A stretch of DNA of 35,480 bases from a virus (lineage: Duplodnaviria; Caudoviricetes). Both the position numbers and the translations under genes were made by a program. Location: positions 1-35,480 of the IMG/VR virus record IMGVR_UViG_3300044300_000526, one strand, 5' to 3'. Below are positions 14,771 through 24,400 of this stretch, piece after piece. The notes under the pieces were generated by a model, which saw only the letters and a program-made list of their open reading frames with translations, was not told where the DNA came from and made no database searches. Position 1 is the stretch's first letter. The number at the start of each line of letters is the position of its first letter.

Positions 14771-15129
14771 TTGTCAACTTTTTTCTGTAGGAATTTTTGT
14801 ATTTGTTTCTTAATTTTATTAAAGAAAGGTGTTGCTAATGTGGTTGTTGCTACAGCTGCTACAGCTGCGTAGGTAGCCGTAGCTACCACCTCAGCAGTTG
14901 GTAAAGGTAAATCTATCTTTATAACAGGGACTCTTAAACTAGGTTGTTCAGTTTGTGCTGTTTCTTCATCCTCTGTTTCCTCAGGAACCTCCTCTAACTC
15001 CACCCCTTTTGGGGCTTTTAAGTTTTGAGGAGGAATAATGATTGGTGGAAATACTGGCATTTCTGCTGTTGGTTGCTTTAGAGGGATGCTAGGCATATCT
15101 AAAGCTTTAGGCAGTTTAGGGACTTTCAC
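14722..15129 (-). CDS. Pro-rich membrane-anchored hypothetical protein
   Basis: GTG start; Pro-rich, then acidic, then an Ala/Thr hydrophobic helix and a basic tail. Confidence 0.7.
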   Translation of the reverse strand: MKVPKLPKALDMPSIPLKQPTAEMPVFPPIIIPPQNLKAPKGVELEEVPEETEDEETAQTEQPSLRVPVIKIDLPLPTAEVVATATYAAVAAVATTTLATPFFNKIKKQIQKFLQKKVDKWKENRQKKKKDSSVS

Positions 15130-15441
15130 CTAGCTCCAAGGCTTACCTACACCTGTTGTTGGAGTCTTTTGCTCGTTAACGCCGTTCTCTACAGCCGCTT
15201 CAATAGCCGCTACAGTACCAGCTTTATCAGCATCTAGTTTTGCCTTTACCCAACCAAGTACTGTTGCTTCAGTAAGGTCAGCATAAGGAACAAGAGTATC
15301 AGGCTTAGGTAGATCAACCTCACCTGTAGCTCTAAATGAATAAGTACCATCTTCACCGTTAACACGGTAGATTACTTTATTTACATACCCGTCTGCTAGT
15401 TCTCTTTGAAGGGTATTTACTTGCCAAGTTTTTGTTGCCAT
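15130..15441 (-). CDS. Tail-fibre-associated small protein
   Basis: TWQVNTLQR...VPYADLTEATVLGWVK...GKPW pattern; lies downstream of the fibre genes. Confidence 0.7.
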   Translation of the reverse strand: MATKTWQVNTLQRELADGYVNKVIYRVNGEDGTYSFRATGEVDLPKPDTLVPYADLTEATVLGWVKAKLDADKAGTVAAIEAAVENGVNEQKTPTTGVGKPWS

Positions 15442-15443
15442 TT

Positions 15444-15731
15444 TTATGGAGTATTAGATTTGTTTGCTATTAAGAATGCTTTATAGTCAGCTTTGACTTG
15501 TGTAGTCCACGCAGCGTTAGCTATTGCTTGTACGTCTGCATCTTCTCCACTGATATCTGTATCAACTAGGTTGTCACTTGCATCAAGTGTTCCTGGTGTT
15601 AATACTTTTCTATGAAAGGAACGGGTAAGTTCCACGCCATCTTTTTTAATAATGGTTGCGTTTCTTACCTGTATATTCCATTTATTGACGACTTCTATTT
15701 TGTCGTTTTCTTGTGTTTCTGTTAATGCCAT
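15444..15731 (-). CDS. Tail-fibre-associated (chaperone-like) small protein
   Basis: DKIEVV...IQVR...DGVELTRSFHR...VQAIANAAWT; directly follows the fibre gene. Confidence 0.75.
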   Translation of the reverse strand: MALTETQENDKIEVVNKWNIQVRNATIIKKDGVELTRSFHRKVLTPGTLDASDNLVDTDISGEDADVQAIANAAWTTQVKADYKAFLIANKSNTP

Positions 15732-15790
15732 TTAGGGACGTTCTCCGAACGTGACAGGTTTACGGCTTAGTTTATAGACGTGCTAACGGT

Positions 15791-17299
15791 CTATACTAAA
15801 TATGTTGCCCACCATAAATTTGATGCACCATTACCCATAACAGTACCTGTAACTGTTGCTACGCCTGTATTTTCTTGTTTATAATAGTGAATGGTGGAAC
15901 TATTTGGCCAGATAATTGGGAAAGGATTATCTATTGTTGATGCTGAAATATTGTTATAACCTGCCATTGCAACGTACATACTATTATTTGCTGATGTAAA
16001 AGGTAATCCACCGAATACAACCGTAGCACCTGTTGGAGTACCTCCATTTAGATTCAAATAAAAATATATACTTACTTTATTACCAACTTTTGTATAGTAA
16101 CCGTATTGATTAGACGTGTAAGTAGGAGACGTGATACCTGCTGTAACTATAGGAGTCCAAGTGCCTTCTTCATAGTCGTCCAGAGCATTCGCCGCTGCTG
16201 AATCAGTTCCAAACTTTAAGCCGTCTGAGTCAAACCTTACTCGTGGACTATTGCTAGTATAAATCTTGAAATTATCATCAGAGTGGTGATATACCAACTG
16301 ACCCGTAAGGGTACTAGCATCATCACCAAAATAAATCCCTCCATCAGTGTTACTTGCACTAATAATAGATATACCGCTTCTTGTTCCGTTGGTTGAGTTA
16401 CCTATGACCAGATCATCACCACCCGTAAAAGCTGTTCCTGTTGAAGCTGACGTGTTTATACTAGCTTTAATGGAGACAAGATTCCTCCAAGCATTACCTA
16501 CACTTCCTATGTCATAAGTATTATTTGTCCAAGGTAGAAAATGACCGTCAGTAGCATGAAAGTATGCTCTATTTGTACTGTCATCCCTAAATATTAATGC
16601 TCCGTTTACGAAATTGAGATAATTATGCGTTCCATCATGGTAGATCTGGAGATCTGACCCATTTCCGATTTGTATCTTGCCGTTGTCTTCTAACCAAAGA
16701 TCTTCATTATTATCAATATATATGTAACTAGTAGTATTTAAACTTCCAGTCACCTTTGCTCCACTACTCGTCGTCTCAAACTTCTTAACACCTGAATATC
16801 TTAAATCAGTTGCCGCATCAGGAACTATTTGAATTGCTGTTTGATCTGTCTTACCGCAAATATATAAGACATTATTTTTACTGGTTATGTAATTAGCACT
16901 TTCAGCATGTACATGGGAAATTGTAAGATCTTGCCCATTTCCAAATCGAGCTTCACCGCCGTCAAACAACATTAAATGACAAGCATTATTTGATAAACCT
17001 ATATCAACTCCGCTTGCGTTGGTATGGACTTTTGATACTCCATCGTAATACAGAGTTGTTGAGCCATTAATATTTGCATTGATTAGATATTCACCAGTAT
17101 CTTTATCGTCATTTCTTACTTGAAACGAACTATTAGTAACAAGCTTTAAAGCACCTGTTCCAGTTTCTTCAATAATTGAGTGAGATCCATCATGAAAAAT
17201 TTCTAAATCATTATCTGTTGTACCGAACCGTATCTTCTCATTATCCAAGAGGTCGATTGGAGTCTTCAAACCTCTGTCATCTATTTTTGTTAATGCCAT
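15791..17299 (-). CDS. Second tail fibre / receptor-binding protein
   Basis: DLxIxHDG repeats shared with the long fibre; C-terminal LDDYEEGTWTP...YTKVGNKV...GLPFTS module. Confidence 0.85.
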   Translation of the reverse strand: MALTKIDDRGLKTPIDLLDNEKIRFGTTDNDLEIFHDGSHSIIEETGTGALKLVTNSSFQVRNDDKDTGEYLINANINGSTTLYYDGVSKVHTNASGVDIGLSNNACHLMLFDGGEARFGNGQDLTISHVHAESANYITSKNNVLYICGKTDQTAIQIVPDAATDLRYSGVKKFETTSSGAKVTGSLNTTSYIYIDNNEDLWLEDNGKIQIGNGSDLQIYHDGTHNYLNFVNGALIFRDDSTNRAYFHATDGHFLPWTNNTYDIGSVGNAWRNLVSIKASINTSASTGTAFTGGDDLVIGNSTNGTRSGISIISASNTDGGIYFGDDASTLTGQLVYHHSDDNFKIYTSNSPRVRFDSDGLKFGTDSAAANALDDYEEGTWTPIVTAGITSPTYTSNQYGYYTKVGNKVSIYFYLNLNGGTPTGATVVFGGLPFTSANNSMYVAMAGYNNISASTIDNPFPIIWPNSSTIHYYKQENTGVATVTGTVMGNGASNLWWATYLV

Positions 17300-17301
17300 A
17301 G

Positions 17302-20300
17302 TTATTTAGCCTCCAATGCAGCTACTTTTGTTTCTAGTGTTTCGACTTTTGTAATCAATTCTTGTAATGCTTTAATGCTTATCATCATCATTTGCTCTTC
17401 TTTTACACCTTTTCTAAGAACGTCATTCCCATCATCATCAACTCTTACTTTAAACTCTTCACTGACTAATTCAGGGTTTACAGTTTCTATTTCTTGAGCA
17501 ATGACTCCAACTTTTAACGGTTCAGAATCTTGTTGAAAATTGTATCTAAAGTTTCTTAGTTTCCAAGCCTTTACAGTTGCTAGTTGAGAAGGTGCATCGG
17601 TAATAGATTTCTTTTCTCGTTCATCACATAAATTAGCATCATTAGATGAATAATTAGATATACCACCATTTGCAGTTACATAAAATCTATAACCTTGGTG
17701 TGAAGAATGCAGATTATAAAGATGGTAAGTACTATGGTTTCCAGTAGTTGTATCTATGACATTTGAGACCCAAGGTATAACAGCACTTGACGAGTTGATT
17801 TTAAAACCAGTTCCAGCAGTAGCAGTGGTATTAGTTGTACCGAAAGCAGCTTTACCGTCATGAGTTATTTGGAATTTCGTTGTTCCATCATTTTGAACCC
17901 TAAGTAGTTCTCCTGTGGTTTGTGCTTCGACATTTATTCTTAAACCTGACGAATTATTAGTAGCGTCAACTGTAAGGACGGGGCCACCGTCAGTTATTTT
18001 TATACCTTGACTTGTCGTCTCAAGCTTCTTACTGTGGTCGTATGCTAGTTCAACTCTGTCATTACCATAAGCTTTTATAGCATCTTCACCATCTAATGGT
18101 TGTATTAAAATAGTACTTCCACCACCATTTCTTATGTAGAGGTTACCAGTACTATTTGCGAGGTATGAATTGCTTCCATCATGGAAGATCTTGAGATCAT
18201 CTGAAGCACCCATCACGATCTGAGAAGAATCGTGAGGCATATCTAAATTACCACCGTCTCCTATATGTAATCCATCAGCATGGGTTTCGCACTTTTTAAC
18301 GCCGTCGTAATATAGTTCTACTGAGCCGTTTTGTACGAATTTTGCTATATCTTCATTACCCGCTGCGTTTCTTATAAAAAGATGACTGCTATGAGTTTTT
18401 AAAACATTTGTGGCATTTGATATGATTGAATCCGTTCCATCATGGTAGATCTTGAAATCATTACTATTACCAAGTTGAATTTGGTGATTATCTAAACCAT
18501 ATAAATTCCCTGTAAATATACAGCCACCACTATGAGTCTCAAACTTCTTAACGCCGTCGTAAAAGAGTTGTACGTCTCCATTCTCATTTGTTGCTATTTG
18601 TTGTTCATTACCAGCAGCGTTTTGAAGTCTAAACTCATTTGTATGTATATGTAGTTGTCCAGTACCAGCATCTTTTATGTATGAATCTGATCCATCATGG
18701 TAGATCTGGAGATCATCCCCTGTTCCGAGTTTAATCCTTTCATTATCTTCCATATCAATCGCTCCAGATGCTCTGAAGTCACCCCAACAAACAACACCTG
18801 AACTCGTTGTCTCAAACTTCTTTACGTTGTCGTAAAAAAGTTCTACTGAGCCGTTTTGGTAGGCAACTATTAACTCTTCATTACTAGCAGCATTATTGAC
18901 TGATAATTTACTAGTAGCCAATACTAATGCACCAGTGCCTGTGTCTTTTATATACGAGTTAGATCCATCATGATATAGCTCTAAATCATTCCCTGTCCCG
19001 AACCTAATCTTCTTATTATCTGCTAGATCTAAGTTAGTAGCTATCTTATCTCCAGTAACAGCTAAGTTCTGTAAAGTAGCTGTACTTACTGTATTATTTC
19101 CTGGAGTACCAATATTTACCGCTGCTCCAATAGTGATAATAAAGTAATCACTACTAGCAGGAGGGGCGGTAGAAAAGATAATAGAGCTACCGTCGATAGC
19201 AAATCCTTCGGATGGCTGGCTGGTTCCGCTATTAGGTTTCTGAACGACTCCATTGATAGAAACAAGATGTTGCTCTGCATAAGTACCAGCATTTGACAAT
19301 ACAAATCTATAAGCTGTTCCATTGAATGTTGCACTATTACCTCCTGTACCTGAGTAACTAGATATTGTATTAATAAAGTAGTTACCTACAGACTGTACAT
19401 CGTCCCATGAAGTATCACTAGCGTTATAGACCAACATCTTATTAGATGAAGTATTGAAGAATAAATCTCCATCGTCTAAACTAGAAGTAGGGTTAGAAGA
19501 ACCAACTCTATATCTTTGATTAAAATCAGATACTAAGGTTTGTGCAGCTGCAACTCCAGCTTCATCTACTATAAGTCTATGGTAATCATAAGTATTTAAG
19601 GTGCTAGTAGTTTGTACTAACATCCCTTTACCAGCAGCTATAGTAGTGTTGTAAAGAGTAGAGTCAATACCATTGATTGTTACTGTTGCACCACCTAATG
19701 TCCTACCAGTTGTACTAACACCAGAACCATTAACAACAATACCACCTGCATCTGCAATAGATACAATAGTACCAGCGTTATTTCCTGGATCAGGGTTAGT
19801 ATTAGGGAATGAAACTTCATTAGCTACAGGTACAAATCCACCTACATCAGATATTGTATTAACTATTTGATCGTTAACGGCTTTTGCAGTCGGTAACTGT
19901 ACGTCAGTAGAACTACCGCTAATTGCTGTGACAATGCTCTTGCCATCCAACAGGTTAAGTTCAGCATTAGTCGAGGTAAGAGCCGTACTACTTGCAAGAT
20001 TAGATGCAGTACCTGACTGCATACCAGCAAGCGTTGTGAGTTCAGCATCAGCTATCTCCGTAGTTGTAACAGCATTAGCTGCTATATGCTCAGTACCAAC
20101 AGCATTGTCTGCAAGTTTAGTACCATCTATAGCATCAGCTGCTATTTTACCTGTAGTAACCTGTAAATTGCCTATATGAGCTGTATCAATAGACCCATCT
20201 GTATAATGTTCAGAATCAATGGCGTTATCAGCTATTTTAGAACCATTCACAGCATCTGTTGCTATCTCACTGGTACCAACAGAGTTAGCTACAAGGTTAT

Positions 20301-21411
20301 CAGCGTTAACAGTTATATCTGTAGGTAATGCACCACTACCAAGTTTAGCTAGTGTAACATTATTATCTAAGATATTAGCTGTTTCAACAGCATTATCAGC
20401 TAGTTTAGCTGTATTAATCTGGTTATCACCTATATGAATAGTATCAATACTACCATCTACATAGTGTTCAGAGTTAATAGAGTTATCAGCAATCTTATCT
20501 CCGTTAACGGCATCTGCTGCCAGCTTAACAGTAGTGACTGCCCCGTTAGCCAAGCCATTTGTACCAATAGCTCCTGCTGCTAACTTAGCATCAGTGACTG
20601 AATCATCTGCTAAATGTACTGTATCTATAGATCCATCTACATAATGCTCTGAATTTATAGAATTATCTGCTATCTTATCTCCATTTATTGCATCACCTGC
20701 TATCTCAGAGGCACCTATGGTACCACTAGATGCAGATGTTACTCTACCTTGAGCATCAACTGTGATATCTGCTGCTGTATAACTACCTGCACTAACAGAA
20801 GTATGTGCAAGTTTATCTGCTGTAACTGCATTATCTTGTATCTTATCTGTAGTAACAGAGTTTGATGCTAAATCTGCAGCAACAATAGTACCATCTACAA
20901 TATCAGCACTTGTGATAAATGAGGAATCTTTAGCTGCATCTCCAAATAGTTTACCTTCTATCTCAAAAACTTTATTCCTAGCTTCTTGTGCTGTATAATT
21001 AGACTCTGTAGCAGATCTGTTCAGGTCTGTGTGCCTAACTGTACTACCACCTGCAAAGGTAGTGTAATCCCCAGAACCATCTCTAGTTCTACGCTCTACT
21101 GTAACTATAGCTCCACTAGGTAAGTTACTATTAAATGTAATAGTATCATTAGCAGTAGTTAATTGATAGTTATATAAAGTTGTACCTGCTGACACTGCAG
21201 GGAAATACAATCCATCTGTATTATTTACCTGTGGGTGGCTAGATTGTGCAGTACTACCAGTAGACTGGCGTAACTGTAGTACTCTAGTACCACCTGACAA
21301 AGTAACATATACATCTAGATCATCTAAGTTATTTAATTCTATCCCATGCCCGCTAAAAGCAGCTGTGCTACCGTTAGCGGCTGAGAATGTATGTTTAGTT
21401 TTAACTGCCAT
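17302..21411 (-). CDS. Long tail fibre (T7 gp17-like N-terminus) with C-terminal S74-type intramolecular chaperone
   Basis: gp17-like N-terminus (DLDVYV, VERRT, DLN), low-complexity shaft repeats (KIADNSINSEHYVDGSIDT), DLxIYHDG repeats, and a C-terminal DEREKK...GVIAQE...coiled coil. Confidence 0.92.
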   Translation of the reverse strand: MAVKTKHTFSAANGSTAAFSGHGIELNNLDDLDVYVTLSGGTRVLQLRQSTGSTAQSSHPQVNNTDGLYFPAVSAGTTLYNYQLTTANDTITFNSNLPSGAIVTVERRTRDGSGDYTTFAGGSTVRHTDLNRSATESNYTAQEARNKVFEIEGKLFGDAAKDSSFITSADIVDGTIVAADLASNSVTTDKIQDNAVTADKLAHTSVSAGSYTAADITVDAQGRVTSASSGTIGASEIAGDAINGDKIADNSINSEHYVDGSIDTVHLADDSVTDAKLAAGAIGTNGLANGAVTTVKLAADAVNGDKIADNSINSEHYVDGSIDTIHIGDNQINTAKLADNAVETANILDNNVTLAKLGSGALPTDITVNADNLVANSVGTSEIATDAVNGSKIADNAIDSEHYTDGSIDTAHIGNLQVTTGKIAADAIDGTKLADNAVGTEHIAANAVTTTEIADAELTTLAGMQSGTASNLASSTALTSTNAELNLLDGKSIVTAISGSSTDVQLPTAKAVNDQIVNTISDVGGFVPVANEVSFPNTNPDPGNNAGTIVSIADAGGIVVNGSGVSTTGRTLGGATVTINGIDSTLYNTTIAAGKGMLVQTTSTLNTYDYHRLIVDEAGVAAAQTLVSDFNQRYRVGSSNPTSSLDDGDLFFNTSSNKMLVYNASDTSWDDVQSVGNYFINTISSYSGTGGNSATFNGTAYRFVLSNAGTYAEQHLVSINGVVQKPNSGTSQPSEGFAIDGSSIIFSTAPPASSDYFIITIGAAVNIGTPGNNTVSTATLQNLAVTGDKIATNLDLADNKKIRFGTGNDLELYHDGSNSYIKDTGTGALVLATSKLSVNNAASNEELIVAYQNGSVELFYDNVKKFETTSSGVVCWGDFRASGAIDMEDNERIKLGTGDDLQIYHDGSDSYIKDAGTGQLHIHTNEFRLQNAAGNEQQIATNENGDVQLFYDGVKKFETHSGGCIFTGNLYGLDNHQIQLGNSNDFKIYHDGTDSIISNATNVLKTHSSHLFIRNAAGNEDIAKFVQNGSVELYYDGVKKCETHADGLHIGDGGNLDMPHDSSQIVMGASDDLKIFHDGSNSYLANSTGNLYIRNGGGSTILIQPLDGEDAIKAYGNDRVELAYDHSKKLETTSQGIKITDGGPVLTVDATNNSSGLRINVEAQTTGELLRVQNDGTTKFQITHDGKAAFGTTNTTATAGTGFKINSSSAVIPWVSNVIDTTTGNHSTYHLYNLHSSHQGYRFYVTANGGISNYSSNDANLCDEREKKSITDAPSQLATVKAWKLRNFRYNFQQDSEPLKVGVIAQEIETVNPELVSEEFKVRVDDDGNDVLRKGVKEEQMMMISIKALQELITKVETLETKVAALEAK

Positions 21412-21439
21412 TGATCATCAATGTGTATAGGATCGGTGC

Positions 21440-24400
21440 CTATTGTGGAGCGACTCCAGTTGTACCGTATTTTCGTATCTTTTCTATTTGGTTATATAAA
21501 CTTTCTGAATAAGCAGTATCTGATGTACTAGCTGCGTCTTTTTGATAACCTCTAACGGTAATGCGATTAAACAATGAATCAGCTGAATTATTATTATATT
21601 CAGGAAACCGTTCTTCATCTTTTAAAGTCTCAGTAGCTCTATCTTTTGCTCTTTCAAATATACTACCAATTTGTGTATAAAACCAATTTTCTTGAGCTTT
21701 CCAACCATCTTCATTTTTCTTGTTTAATTCAATATATTTATTCATATTACGTTGCCACAAATCACTAGAAATCATTTGTTCTAAATCAGTTCTAAACTCT
21801 TTATCTTCAGCTAAGACTAATTTTAAATCAGATTTCTCTTGAGAATTTAAAGGAACACCTTTTAATGTACTAACCTCTGCACCCAAGTTATACCTTATAT
21901 CTAATAAAGTTTTTTTAACATTATCACCTTCTGTACTCGTTATAGTGAAAGGACTTAAACTATTAAATAACCTTAATAAAGGATTATGTGGACCATTCCG
22001 TAATGGTTGGACATTACCACGACCACGGTTTTTACCTAAAATATCGTAATCATTAGGTACATTTGACTTAAAAATAATGTCTTGTTGCCTAACATATTCT
22101 AAAAATGTATTAGATTCTTTCTGAGTATTATCAAATAGATCAGCTAAAAATCTACTTTGACCACCTACACCAAGTTGAGGACGGAATAATTTAGCAAAAG
22201 ATCTTTCTGGGTTTGGCATGTTACCAGTTCCAGTATCAAATAAACTTGAAAGATCACTAGCACTTTGTATAACACCAACATCTGCTACTGCCATACCAAA
22301 GTACCATGCCATTTTAGATTCCCATTGTGTAAAGTAATCTTCACCCATAACATCAGCATAATAAGCTCCATTTGCAACCATACTAAACAAAGTACCTGCA
22401 ATATCAGACCTACCAAAGCTAACATAAATCCATCCATTAGCACCTTTTTCTTGTGTTAAAGGGTTATAAGGTTTTGGAATAGCTACAGAATTAGGTTGGA
22501 TTTTATTAAGTTTCCATAATTTTCTATCAGCTTCATCTGCAGGATAATCACCAATTATATGACCATTCAATGCTAATCCCCATACAATACCTGCTAATGT
22601 TGTACCTAATGCCATTCTACCAACCATTTCATCTCTTGCTCTAGGCAAGTCATCTAAGCTTAGATTCCATCTCTGGGCTGATTCAGCACTACCAATTTCA
22701 ACAATATCTCGATACTGTTCTGTAAACACTTTCAAAGGTGTTCTATCAAATACGTTACCTGCATTATTGAATGATGGACGCATAAAAGCAAAGAAACGGT
22801 TAGTCCAAGGGTTACGTTCTAGTACTTGAAAACCTTTAAATTGTTCAGGGATCTGTTTCATTAAGGTAACTTCGTCACCAATCGCTGTAGCTCTTGGATC
22901 TTTAACTACCCACATGTCATCTTTATTTTTCCTGAAAATTTTCTCTCTAAATATTTCATCATTCTTTTTAATAAACTCAGGAAGATCATCTAAATCTAAA
23001 CCATCTTTAATTGCTTGTTCAGCAGCTGAAACTGCCATTTGCTGCCGTCCTATAATAGTTCTGGTATAAGCATCACCTGCGTTCATAACACTTCTGTTAG
23101 CTCGCATCAAAGGTACTTTATTTATTTTATAAAGACTATTAACTAAACCGTACCCTTTTTTCTGCATTTCTGTACCATACTTTTCATAGAAATGACCTAA
23201 GTTTTCCCATTGTGCATTGTCTGTGTTATCATCAAACTTACTACCATAATCAGGTTTTCTAAATATAACCTTACCGTCTTCATCGAAAACTTTTGGTTTT
23301 TGATTTATCTCCCAATTACGTTTAAACATCTCCCATGCTTCAAATTGAGCACGTTGTAAACTAGACCATTGGATACCAAGTAATTGTATTTTAGCTTTTT
23401 TAAATTGGCTATAATTCATTCCTTCGTAAATGGTACCTACTAACTCTGATTCTTTGAATGTATATTTTCTCCAAGGTAAATTAGCACCTATCCAACCTTC
23501 TAAAGTACGAGCCATGTTAAGTGCGTTAGTCATAAATAACGCATTAACAGCAGTTTTAGGATGTCCTAACCAAGACTGTATAACAGTTTGATAAAGCTCA
23601 TCTATAGTACGAGCAGGTACTTGCTCTAACTGACCAGTAAAAGTTGCCATCCCTTTAGCCCCAGGTCTGTTAAGTAATTTTCTACCTAAATACTCAGGTA
23701 TTTGTGTTAATGAAGTGACTTGACCGTTAGTCATTAAAGCCATCTGTAAAAGATCATTTACTGCTTCTTTATCACCTGCTTTGTATAGGTTTTCTAATTC
23801 AGTAAAAATCTCATCAGCTTCTTGTTGTATTTCTGCATACTTAGCTTTTGGTGGTTTTTTCCATTGAGCAAAAACCTCAGCTACACCAGCTTGAGCACCT
23901 TGACCTTGCTTACCCCAGTGAAATCCCCATAACTTATTTTCAACATACATGACTTTCATTAAGTCTGTAAACATTTCCCAGTTACGAGTTAAAGGTAAAT
24001 CATTGTTTAAATCTAAAGTGTTTTTAGCAAGTTTTGCAGTTATTTTACCAAGAGAATGTAAAATAAATAAGTTAGCTCTCATCTGAGAAACACCAGGAAC
24101 TACTACACGTTTCGTCCTGACTCGACCAGATTTAGTTACATCAGAAGGGTCACGTATAAAATCATAAGTAATCTTATCAGTACCACCTTTAGCTCTTAAA
24201 GATTTTAATATACGTTTGTATTCTTTAACTATATCAACATCTTTACCATCTATAAACTTAGCGATAGGTTCCATGAAAGGACGAGCTAATTCAATATCAG
24301 CTTCCACTGTCATTTTATAGTCAGCCTCTTTCATGCCCATTGATATTTGATCCATATCATCAGCTACTTCTTTATAAATGTCGTATAGCTGTTTGTTACC

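Noticed and set aside
15791-21411. Diversity-generating retroelement or invertase-driven fibre switching
   Set aside because: No reverse transcriptase, template/variable repeat pair, invertase or inverted cassette was seen in the window.
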